Source of the DNA: an uncultured virus (IMG/VR IMGVR_UViG_3300038489_000010)
Taxonomy: Duplodnaviria > Heunggongvirae > Uroviricota > Caudoviricetes
Strand: one strand, 5' to 3'
DNA length: 34,857 nucleotides
Virus record (IMG/VR): IMGVR_UViG_3300038489_000010
Shown: piece after piece, positions 9,079 to 19,976 of the stretch
Layout of the letters: each line of letters opens with the position of its first letter
Position numbering within the stretch: the stretch's first letter is position 1
The notes under the pieces: model-generated
Database searches by the model: none
Seen by the model: the letters and a program-made list of their open reading frames with translations, nothing else
Told to the model about the DNA's origin: nothing
Position numbers and translations under genes: made by a program

Positions 9079-12000
9079 ATGATAAGAGTAGAAGATAATT
9101 TATATAATGCAAACTTTCCTCAATAGAAGTTACCTTTATCAAAGAAGGATAAACAATGGAAGCACGATTGTGTGAACTATATTATTGGAGAAGGCAATGT
9201 TGTCTCTGGAGGAATGCAGAAGACGCACTTCGGAGAGATACAAACCTATTACGATCTTTATAATAGTATCTTCGATGAAAATGACTTTAAACGTATTACA
9301 AATCCGTTCAAGGTAGCGGATGGATTTCCAGCAACTCCATAGGACTTTAATATAATACGACCGAAAGTAGACCTACTTATAGGAGAAGAAACAAAGCGGC
9401 CACTTAATTTCAGAGTTGTTAGAACATCTTAGGAAGCAACATCAGAGTTAATGGATAAGGAAAAACAAATGCTTATTCAATATATGATGTCTGCTATAAC
9501 AGCGCGTATGAGTCCAGAAGAACAATAGTAGTTTCAAGAACAGATTCAGAGTGGAGAAATAATGCCACCTGAAGAGATTGGAAAATACATGCGAAGAGAT
9601 TATAAAGATGTTGTTGAAAATACAGCTTATCATGCTCTAGTTTACTTAAGAGAGAAGCTAGGACTTGATAATGAGTTTATTAAAGGTTGGAAAGATGGAC
9701 TTATAGCAGGAGAAGAAATATACTATGTTGGTGTATTAAACGACGAACCATACATGGAACGTGTTAATCCATAGTATTTCTCGTATGATATGAGCCCTGA
9801 TCTTGAATTTATTGAAGATGCTTCATGGTGTTGCAGAAAAATGCGTTTACCAGTTGCTGAAGTTTATGATAGATATTATGATAAACTTGAAGAAAAGGAT
9901 CTTGATAAACTCAACGAGATGTTAACAGGAAGACCTTCTAATGATTTAGGAGAAAAAGATCCTGTTGACAACTTCAATCATATCAATATGCATATCTATG
10001 ATAATCCTATATTTGATCAAAAGACAAGACATAATATAAATGTTTGGCATTGTTGTTGGAAGTCTTTTAAAAAGATTAAGTACGTGACAATGCTAGATGA
10101 TCAAGGATAGGCTTAGATAGAAATAGTTGATGAGTTTTATGAACCAGTTGGAACAGAACTAGCTGTTGAAGACGATTGGATCGTAGAAGTTTGGGAAGGT
10201 TATAGAGCAGGATCAGACTTATATTTTGGTATTTAGCCAATAGAATATCAACATGTTAGCATAGATGATCCTAATAGCTAGAAGCTTCCATATTGCGGTG
10301 CTGTTTATTCAAATACGAATAGCAGACCAAGAAGTCTTGTTAGTATTCTTAAGCCATTGCAATATATGTATATAGTATTATGGTATAGGCTTGAATTAGC
10401 ATTAGCTAGAGATAAAGGCAAGGTTGTTAATATGGATATTACACAGATACCTAAATCTATGGGTATAACACCAGCTAAATGGATGCATTATCTATCTAGT
10501 GTCGGAGTTAACTTTATAAACCCATATGAAGAAGGATGGTGTTTCGATCCAGAAACACTTGTATCCACTCCTAGCGGTAATACTAAGATGAAGGATATTA
10601 GATTAGGATAGTTTGTATATACACCTGGTCATCATCTAGCTTAGGTTACAAATCTTTTCCATGGAGAAGACGAGATGTATAATATAATACCATCTATAGG
10701 ATCCGATGTACAGAAAGTTACAGCTGACCATTTAGTCAGATACAGATACAGAATAAATGGACACTCTGATTCTGAAGTACGAGTAGATAAAGCTAGAGAT
10801 TTAATGCTTAAGTTCAAGTAGAACAAATATTATGCACAAAGATGTTTTCTTGAGAGAGAAGATAACTTCTTCGATCCTAAAGAACCTAGCAAGTTTTGTG
10901 GAAGAGATATGTATTTGCTTGGACTCTGGCTTGGAGATGGTACAAAGAATACACCAGAATTCGAATCCATGGATCCAGAGATAATACAATACCTTGAAGA
11001 TTACGCTTGTACACACGGATTAAGATGTTCTTATAGACACAAAGATGGTAGTAGATCTATGACAATTAGACTTAGTTCTGCTAATAATAAAAAGAAAGGA
11101 CAGGCTTTCTTAAATCCGTTTATAGAAGATCTTAAATACTTTGGCGTTTATAGCAATAAAGATATAAGCGGTTTACATATAGATAATATTAATGATGCTT
11201 TAAACTTCTTAGCAGGATTAATAGATACTGATGGAAGCGTATTTAAAGGAAGCGGAAATCATAAAGGATATGTAGAATTTACACAATGCGAATCACATAA
11301 AGACATATTTGATTTATTCGTTGACTTAGCTAGAAAATTAGGATATAGAGTCTCTGTAAAGAGAAAAGAATCCGTTGTTAAGAAGATATATAAAAATAAA
11401 GCTATAACTATTTCTGAACCTTTCTATAAAGCTAGAATATTCGACGGAAATTATGATATACCTACAAAAGTAGAAAGAAAGAAATTCCATTTTACATAGG
11501 GTAGAGTATATAATAAAAACTATTCGCATTTCAAGATAGAATATGCTGGCAGAGGTGAATATTACGGATTTGCCATTGATGATCCAAAGCATGAATTCTT
11601 ACTCTCTGATATGACAATAGTTCATAACTGTATTCCAGGACGTGAAGGCGGAAAACCTGCAACATTTAATCAGTTAACAGCTTTAGACTTAACAATGTCT
11701 AATGTTATTGCTGAGTATATCCAATTAATGGATAAGATCGAACAGCTAGCTGGTACTATATGCGGTATAACAGAACAGAGACAAGGAGAGATAAGTACAT
11801 CTGAACTTGTTGGAAATGTTGAACGTTCTGTTGTTCAATCTAGCCATATAACAGAGCCTTTATTCTGGGTGCATAATCAATGTAAGAGACATGTTCTTAA
11901 TATGCTTCTTAACACAGCTAAAGGCGCTTGGCAGCAGTCTGGTAAAAAGAAACTTCAATATATATTTGATAACGGAGAACGCGCTTTCATAGATATAAAT

Positions 12001-12654
12001 CCTAAATTCTATTTTGAAGATATGGATGTCTTTGTTAGCGATACATCTAAAGATCTTGAGAATATATAGAAGTTACAACAACTTATACAACCAGCTATGT
12101 AGAATGGAGCTAGTTTGCTTGAAGCAGCAGAGGTTCTTACGAATGATAATTTCAATATCATTAAGCAGAAGCTTAAAGATATGCAAGATCGTCAAGAACA
12201 ACTTCAGCAGCAACAGCAGGAAGCTGAACAGCAATAGGCTATACAGATATAGCAGATGTAGAATGAAGCTAAACAACAAGAGCTTATGCTTCAGGAAGCA
12301 TAGATGGATCTTGATAGATATAAGATAGACGCTGATAACTAGACTAAGATAGCTGTTGCAGAGATTAGTGCATATCGTGGTACAGAGGATAAGGACGCTA
12401 ATATGAATGGTATACCTGATCCTATGGAAATAGCTAAGAATGCAACTGAACAACGTAAGATTGATCAAGATGCTTATTAGAAGCGATATGAAGCTAGACA
12501 GAAGAGAGAGATAGAAGATTAGAAAGTTAAACTTGCTAGAGAGCAAATGAAGCATGAGTCTAGTTTATAGAAACAAAAAGACGATGCTGCAATGGAACGC
12601 GAGTAGCTTAAAGCTAGAACGGCTCTCAAGAATAAAGTTGTTGGATAGAAATAA
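9079..12654 (+). CDS. Portal protein precursor (1191 aa including a 363-aa intein)
   Basis: Follows terL; FPQQKLP start, NIIRPKVDLLIGEE, EVWEGY, ICGITEQRQGEI...VGNVERSVVQSS; all ORF fragments in one frame. Confidence 0.9.
10540..11628 (+). mobile_element. Intein with LAGLIDADG homing endonuclease in the portal
   Basis: EEGW|CFDPETLV (block A), VTADH (block B), YLLGLWLGDG and FLAGLIDTDG (endonuclease blocks), IVHN|C (block G with Cys+1). Confidence 0.94.
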
Positions 12655-12656
12655 TT

Positions 12657-14048
12657 ATGACTAGAACTAATTACCCAAAGCCGTCTAATCTACTATAGTA
12701 GTAGAAATAGACAGGAAAATCTTACTGGGACATGATTGGTTATCCTCTTCCAGAAGTTACAGTTACTTCCAATTATCCTCATGAATAGAGAGTATGGAAT
12801 ACTGTTAATTAGGCTAGATATGGTTTTAATGAACCAGAATTTCTTCGTAGACTTGATTATAATGATCGTAGATATATAAAAACTCCATATGGAGGAGAAT
12901 CAACACATTTGATGGCTAATGATGGCAATTATGTTTATCCTATGATATAGGACATTAATGGTACGCTACATAACTATGATAAGAAATATGGAGATTATTG
13001 GAATAGAGATCCTAAGGAAAATGGAGATTATATAAAATTTTAGACTCCAGGAGATGCAAGATATTTTGCTGAGCATTATAAGAAGTACTGGCCTATATTC
13101 TTTCAAGGAGCATTTAAAGATGGCAAGGATATGCTGCCTGGATTTAAAGGAGGGTTTGATTCATTTGCAAATGGAGTTGGAAGAGCTATTTATAACGAAA
13201 TGATTGCAAATGGTTGGTACACACCAGCTAGATATGACAATATAATGTCATAGCTATCATCAGAGTCTGGACATGGTACAAGTATGCTTGCTACAAAATA
13301 TCATAATTATGGTGGCAGAAAGAATGCTAAAGGTGGATATATGCACTTTAAAGATGATTCTGCATTCGCAAAAGATCATCTTGCATATTTACAAAGAATG
13401 CATAGAGCTGCATGGAATGCAAAAGACACTATGGATTATGTGAAAGCTCTTAAAGCATCTAACTATATGGGTGATAACATATATCATTATTATAATTTAC
13501 TTAAAGGACAATAGAGCGCAAGAAAGGCATGGAATGCAGCTATGAAGACATGGGTATAGCCAAAATAGGTTATTAAGACTGCAATTACAGAACCTGTTGA
13601 TGCAACAAGAGTTGCTCAGCCTATAGTACAAGAATAGAAACCATAGCATTTACCAACACCAGTTGCTCGTCAAGAAATATAGCCAACAACTTACATAGAT
13701 CCAACATTATTATTTGATCAACCAGAAGAAGTATAGCAGCCAGTTGTTGAAGATAATTACGAAGCATCTTTGCTTCCTTCTATACAGGATGCTATGTAGT
13801 ACTTTCTACCTAGTTAGACACCATTTGCTAATAATGATTTTATGTCTTAGTTAGTTCAAGTTGGATTGCCTGGTGCTAAATATGGAAAAGATTCTGGAAT
13901 ACATATAAAACCTTCTCATAGAGGCAGGTTTACGAGATATTTAAAATCACATCCAGGAATGACTGCTGAAAAAGCTAAACATTCCAAGAGCGCTGCTGTT
14001 AGAAAGATGGCAACATTTGCTATAAATGCAAGAAAATGGAGGCACTAA
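12657..14048 (+). CDS. Multidomain protein (463 aa) with GH73/FlgJ-like muramidase domain and basic C-terminal motif; probable virion cargo
   Basis: IMSQLSSESGHGTSMLATKYHNYGG...YVKALKASNYMGD resembles GH73 AQAALESGWG...NNLFGIK...YATD; C-terminal IHIKPSHRGRFT...FAINARKWRH; about 19 TAG. Confidence 0.72.
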
Positions 14049-14132
14049 TATCATGTCAACTAACAAACAGTCAACTAATAAAAATAATACAGTTAATTTG
14101 AACTGAAATCAAATATATAATAATATTATTAT

Positions 14133-15365
14133 ATGAAGAAAAAGAAGAATGATAATCCATCAGTATTGGATTCAGTATCATCTATTTTTAATACTCCGGA
14201 AGTAAGTAATCCGGTGACAGATGTTAGTGATACAATACTGAATGTTGATAGACAAACAGAAGATGTACCAGACCCTGCAAAACAGGAGCCTGAGGTTAAC
14301 AATAATCAGGATGTTGATCCAAATGGCAATGACCATAGCGACATCCCACAAGAAGTGCTGGATCGAATGAATGGAAAGGCTAATCCAGCTCAAGGTTTGG
14401 ATAATCCGAACAATCAGGATGATCCTAATAACAATAATAACAATCCAGATGATAACAATCATGATCAGCGAGAGCCACATGCTCAAGATGAACCAGATAA
14501 ATCTGAGCCATCTGATGCTGACATTGCTGAAGCACAAGCTGTTTCAACATTGTTTGACGCCTTGATTGAATCGTTTGGATATAATCCAAGTGATATTGAT
14601 GATGATAAGAAGCCTGTCACAGCTGATGGCTTGACAGATTATATTAAACAAGTTGTTGCTTAGAATAGCCAACCTCAATATGCTGATGATCGTATTGCTC
14701 AGCTTGACACATATGTTAAGAATGGCGGTAATTTTGAGGACTTCTATCAGATTCAGCAACAGCAAATGAATCTAGAAAATATCGATTTGGAAAATGAAGA
14801 GAATTAGAAGGCAGTTGTGCGTGAACTTTTACAGCGTGATGGCTACTCAACGGATAAGATTAATAGACGTATTGAAAGATTTGAGGATGCTGACATGCTT
14901 GAAGAAGAGGCCCAAGATGCTCTCGATAGACTGAAGGAACTTGATGCTCAAGAACTACAGCAAAGAGAGCAACAGTAGGCTGCTTATCAAGAATAGCAGG
15001 CACAGTAGGCCCAAGCATTCTTCCAAGATGTAACGTCGTAGATAACCAATATGACGAACATTAGAGGTATTAATGTTCCTAAGGAAGACAGAGCTCGTCT
15101 GTATGATTATATATTTAGAACAGACGCTAATGGACTTACTCAGTATCAGAAAGATTTTAATAAGAACTTATCAAAGAATCTTATTGAGTCTGCTTACTTC
15201 ACAATGAAGGGCGATGCACTGCTGTCTGAAGCACAGAGGGATGGACAAACATCCGCTGCTAAGAAACTTAGAGAAATGTTAAGAGGAACTAAAAATCATA
15301 CAAGAAGTTCCATTAAAGATGAAAAACAACCTCAGGCATGGGACATTGCGTCAAAGTACCTATGA
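14133..15365 (+). CDS. Acidic scaffold-like protein upstream of MCP (410 aa)
   Basis: Disordered D/N/P-rich N-terminus and Q/E coiled coil; position between portal and MCP; fragments in frame. Confidence 0.75.
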
Positions 15366-15391
15366 TGAGACAACGATATTAATAAAATTTT

Positions 15392-16915
15392 ATGAATAAC
15401 GGTTTATTGAATAATCTTCAGCTTTATCGCGGACGTCGTTTCAGCGATCTTGTTGATGAGAATATGATTTCAAATGCATTACTGACAAAGCCTCATGAGG
15501 TAGCTGGTTTGCTGTCTCTGGTATTCGGTACAAAGGATGATGGTGTATCAACTGCTATCGATCTGATCACAGGCGGACTCGGTAAGACAATGATTATCGA
15601 GAATAGAGAATACGAATGGTCAGTAATGATCGATCAGGATCATGCTGTCAATATTCGTTGGGCAAAGGCTAATGGCAAGGAGATTACTGCTAATGATATT
15701 GATAAAGCTACTCCTGGTCTTAATGGTGCACCAATCTACATCGCTCTTGAGGAGCGTTGGTTTGGACCAGGTGCACTCCTTTCTTTTGACAATGTTAACT
15801 TCCAGGTACGTGTAAATGGTACGCCTTATCAGGATGGTTCTGCATGGGTATACGAGTGCTACGTAGCTGAGGGTTTTGCAGGTTCTTACATTCCTGCAGA
15901 GTATCTTCTTCCTGGCCGTCAGGTTAGCCGCGTAGGTTCAGCTTACGAGGAGTACAGCGATGAGGCTGATATTATCAACTATCAGACTCCGTTTAAGATG
16001 CGTAACAACCTTATGACTCTTCGTCTGTCATACGATATTACAGGTGATGCTTATAGCACAGTACTGGCTATCGCTTTGAAGGATCCTGAGTCTGGTAAGA
16101 CATCTTATCTGTGGTCTGACTATCAGTATTGGCTCGCTCTGCGTGAGTGGAAGCGTCGTGAGGAAAAGGCTCTTCTGTTTAGTAAGTCTAATAGAAACGC
16201 TGATGGTTCATACGCACTTAGAGGAACAAATGGCCGTCCAGTACCAATTTCCGCTGGTTTGTTCGAGCAGATTGCTCCTGCTAACATTCGTTACTACACA
16301 ACTCTGACAGCTGAGTTGCTTGAGGATTTCCTGTTTGACCTTTGCTATAATATGCTTGGTACACAGGAGCGCAAGTTTATCGCTCTGACTGGTGAGATGG
16401 GTATTCGTGAGTTCGACCGTATCCTCAAGGAGAAGGTTGCTTCATTTAATATGATTGATACTCACTTCGTAACTGGTTCTGGTCAGGATCTTGTTCTTGG
16501 TGGTCAGTTTACAACCTATAAGATGACAAATGGTATTGAGCTCACTTTGAAGCGTTGCCCAATGTTTGATAACATGGAACTCTTCCGTCAGCTTCACCCA
16601 CTTACAGGTAAGCCATTGATGTCTTACACATTCCTGTTTGTTGATCTTGGTAACCGCGATGGTCAGCCGAATATTGTTAAGGTATGTCGTAAGGGTCGTG
16701 AGTTCGTTCAGTGGTGTACTGGTGGTTCTGTAATCCCAAGTGGTTACGCTAATAGTATCAATACACTTCGTTCTAACAGCCGTGATGGTTACCAGGTACA
16801 CTTCCTTGGTGAGGAAGGTATTATGCTTCGTAACCCACTGTCTTGCGGTATTCTGTATTGCGATGCAGAGGATACCGAAATGACTAACAACGGTGGTGTA
16901 GGCGTAGCTCGCTAA
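15392..16915 (+). CDS. Major capsid protein (507 aa), crAss-like
   Basis: Long ORF with no TAG, strong codon bias, size, position in terL-portal-scaffold-MCP module; EYEW, GLFEQI, ALTGEMGIREF segments. Confidence 0.9.
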   Translation: MNNGLLNNLQLYRGRRFSDLVDENMISNALLTKPHEVAGLLSLVFGTKDDGVSTAIDLITGGLGKTMIIENREYEWSVMIDQDHAVNIRWAKANGKEITANDIDKATPGLNGAPIYIALEERWFGPGALLSFDNVNFQVRVNGTPYQDGSAWVYECYVAEGFAGSYIPAEYLLPGRQVSRVGSAYEEYSDEADIINYQTPFKMRNNLMTLRLSYDITGDAYSTVLAIALKDPESGKTSYLWSDYQYWLALREWKRREEKALLFSKSNRNADGSYALRGTNGRPVPISAGLFEQIAPANIRYYTTLTAELLEDFLFDLCYNMLGTQERKFIALTGEMGIREFDRILKEKVASFNMIDTHFVTGSGQDLVLGGQFTTYKMTNGIELTLKRCPMFDNMELFRQLHPLTGKPLMSYTFLFVDLGNRDGQPNIVKVCRKGREFVQWCTGGSVIPSGYANSINTLRSNSRDGYQVHFLGEEGIMLRNPLSCGILYCDAEDTEMTNNGGVGVAR

Positions 16916-16946
16916 TACGAATATTGAAATATACAGTATGTTCGAC

Positions 16947-16968
16947 CCCCAGGTAATAGCGCCTGGGG
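16947..16968 (+). promoter_or_regulatory. GC-rich stem-loop after MCP
   Basis: CCCCAGG / CCTGGGG inverted repeat; no U-tract. Confidence 0.55.
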
Positions 16969-17003
16969 AGATCGGCATGCCAACAACTAAATTATTATAA
17001 TTT

Positions 17004-17756
17004 ATGGTAGTTGAATTAAAAATTAAGAAGAAGAATCCCTGGGCTGGACTTCTGAAGTATAAGCATTGCTTCGATTACATAGCTCCATATTTCACCAGAT
17101 CTGGGTCGATATATACCGGTTTAACTCCGGAGGATGAAAGATATTTTGAAAAGGCTTTAGGTTACCCTGAAGGACATCTATCTAAAACAAGTGAATTCTG
17201 GACAACTTTTTGCGTAAAGGTTGGTACTAGAGGTCTTGTTCTAGACGATTAGTTTCCACTGCAGGCTTTATAGATTAAGTTTTTGAGTGGACATAAGCGT
17301 GTAGCAACTAGTCTTGATAAGTTGTCAGCAGGTAAAGATTATCTGTTGATTAATAGAGAGGCAGAAGCTATTTAGAAGAATAAACAGAATAGTTTACGTA
17401 GAGATGCTATTAAGGCATTTGATACACTTTCTCTTGACGATATGCGTAAGTGTCTTAGACTCTTTGGTATTCGTTCTGACAATATGTCTAATGAGCTTGT
17501 AGAGTCTCAGATGTTTGATATTGTAGACAAGCAGCCTAAGAGATTCTTGGATAAGTGGGTAAATAATAAGAAGAAGGATACTGAGTTTATTCTTGAAGAG
17601 GCTATTGCAAAGGGTGTTATTCGCAAGGATCGTACACAGTACTTCTATGGTACTGAGATGTTTGCAGATTCACTTCAAGATGCAATTGCTTATCTTGATG
17701 CTAAAAAGAATCAGGACTTAAAGCTTTCTATTATAAACGAGGTTAAATCAAAGTAA
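17004..17756 (+). CDS. Conserved crAss-like protein downstream of MCP (250 aa)
   Basis: Two ORF fragments in frame joined through 3 TAG; TAA stop. Confidence 0.82.
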
Positions 17757-17775
17757 CCTAACGATATACGACAAT

Positions 17776-18468
17776 ATGACGAATTATAAGGATATACTAA
17801 CAAAGTTTTAGATTGAATATGACAAAGAAGGTGGAACCTTTTCGTCATATCCGTCGCTAACAGAATACGAGATAGCCACAATATTAGATAAGGCTTATTT
17901 AGCTCTAATTGCATAGAAACTTACAGGCAACAATCCAAGAAGGGCTGTTTTTGAAGCAGATACAAAAGCTATAGAAGATTTACGAGGGTTAATAAATACA
18001 AAAAAGTTAAATAAAGATAGTAATATTGATGATACTGTTAAGAACGAGAAGTGCTTTACATTACCAGACGATATGCTGTACTTTATACAAGGAGCAGCTA
18101 AAATAGGTAACTATACACATACAGTTGCTTTAATTAGCCATGATACTGCAAAGAACTTTTTCTTAACAGAATCAAATAATCCATGGATTGAAAACGCTGT
18201 AGCATTCATCGAAGGAAATAGGATTGCGCTATTGTATGATTATTTTGATCACAAAGATGATGATATAGAACTACGTGCGACATATATAGAAATGCCTCAA
18301 AAGTTTGCTAACTATGATGAAACAACGAATTTCGATGAACATTATAAGTTCTAGCTTAGTGATTCTATGGTAGAGGAGCTTATTAACTTAGCAATCATAA
18401 TGGCTCTAGAGAATGTTGAATCTCAGAGATTAACAACTAAAGTACAAACAAGACCGCTTGAATCATGA
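17776..18468 (+). CDS. Tail ring / head-tail connector-like protein 1 (230 aa)
   Basis: EIATILDKA...FEADTKAIEDLRGL...LPDDMLY...ATYIEMPQKF...ELINLA; pattern shared with the next two genes. Confidence 0.65.
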
Positions 18469-19208
18469 GTATAGAAGAAACTAGACAATTGGGTATTGAG
18501 TTTGAACGTAGAATCCAAGCCATTGACCCTACAGCCGAAATAGTCGGAAAAATGAGTACGGATGATATTTATTCATATTTGAATTAGTATCAATTATAGT
18601 ATATTAAAAGTTTGTATATTGCTGATGGACAAGCAGAATCATAGAGTAGATAGTCTTATAAGATACAGGATACTTTAAAGCCTATATTACAGCATAGTAT
18701 CACGCTAACTGATAGACGATAGTCTACATATGATGATAAAGCTGTTTTATTCAGTCTTCCAAAAAACTATTTTTCATATGTGCGATCAACGTCAACGATT
18801 ACTGGGTCTTACAAGGATCCAAATGCACATGGTACTGTTTCTAATATCATGTTTAAATAGGACGATATACATAAAGTGCTTGAAACCGTTTATGATCAAC
18901 ATAGCATATTAAGACATCCGATATGTACATTTGCTAATGACAAAGAACTAGAAGTTATCCATGATGAATATACAACTATAGATAGTGTTGATTTGGTTTA
19001 TATAAGAGAACCACATAAGTTCAAAATAACTGATTCAAAGGATACTTCTATTGAATGCGAATTGCCAAAGGATTGTTTCGAAGATCTTGTTACAGGAGCA
19101 GTTGAATTATATTTTAATTATAAGTATAAAGTTGCTCTTGCAAGCTCTGCTGCTAGAAGAAAAGCTGCAAGAGAAGAACTAGGAACAGATAAATAGAATA
19201 ACCAATAA
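18465..19208 (+). CDS. Tail ring / connector-like protein 2 (247 aa)
   Basis: DIYSYLNQ...LPKNYF...LVYIREPHKF...CELP...DLVTGAV; ATGA overlap. Confidence 0.65.
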
Positions 19209-19220
19209 GGAGGCTGAACA

Positions 19221-19907
19221 ATGACAAATATTGAAATAGTTGCTAACTTCGAAAGAGAAATAAACAAACTTGATGATACAGTCAATAAGCCTGCAACTGA
19301 TGATTCTCTGTATTGGCTTAATTAGGCTATTGCTAAATTCTGTAAAACAAGATTTAATGGTAATACTCCTCATTTGACTTCTTATGAATAGAATGAGAAG
19401 CGTACAAGAGATCTTGTTAAATTATTTGTTGAAAAAAACTATGATATACCAACACCAATTGAGCATACAGATTATGATGTTTACGAGTTTGATTATCCGA
19501 CACAAATGATGTATATGCTCAACGAAGATGTTGATATAACAGACATGAACAATGCGAACAGAACTGTCGCTAGTGTGTTCGAATGCACAGCAGATAGTTT
19601 TATGTATCGTGTAACAAACAGTTTAACAGACTTTCATTATAGACATCATAGAGCTCGTCCGTTGAGGATAAGAACTAACGATGGATGTAAATTGTTAACT
19701 GATAAAAATTATAAGATAGCTGAGTATCGTATAGGATACTTGCGTTATCCAAACACATTGACATTAGATGAGCCACAGACTGAGTATTCCGACTTTTCTG
19801 ATGACACAATGTATGAAATAATAAAGATGGCTGCTTAGATGTATATAGAGAATCAATCTGATAAGCGCTATCAAACTTTAACAAACGAAGTGAATACTCA
19901 AGAATAA
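19221..19907 (+). CDS. Tail ring / connector-like protein 3 (228 aa)
   Basis: DSLYWLNQA...YEQNEKRTRDLVKL...YPTQMMY...GYLRYPNTL...EIIKMAAQM. Confidence 0.65.
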
Positions 19908-19976
19908 TTTTAACGTGGAAACCCCAGCTAGTTAGGTCTAGCCTTGTGTATAGGGGAAGTAGAAAAAATTAATAAT

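Noticed and set aside
7019..12654. Pseudogene decay suggested by many internal stops
   Set aside because: Interruptions are only TAG, with no frameshifts or TAA/TGA, and catalytic motifs are intact
14055..14122. GTCAACTAA direct repeat and AAATATATAATA (also at 2693-2704, partly near 1163) as a late promoter
   Set aside because: Too short and AT-rich to separate from chance without a genome-wide motif search
14300..14520. Asn/Asp-rich low-complexity tract
   Set aside because: Ordinary disordered coding region of the scaffold-like protein
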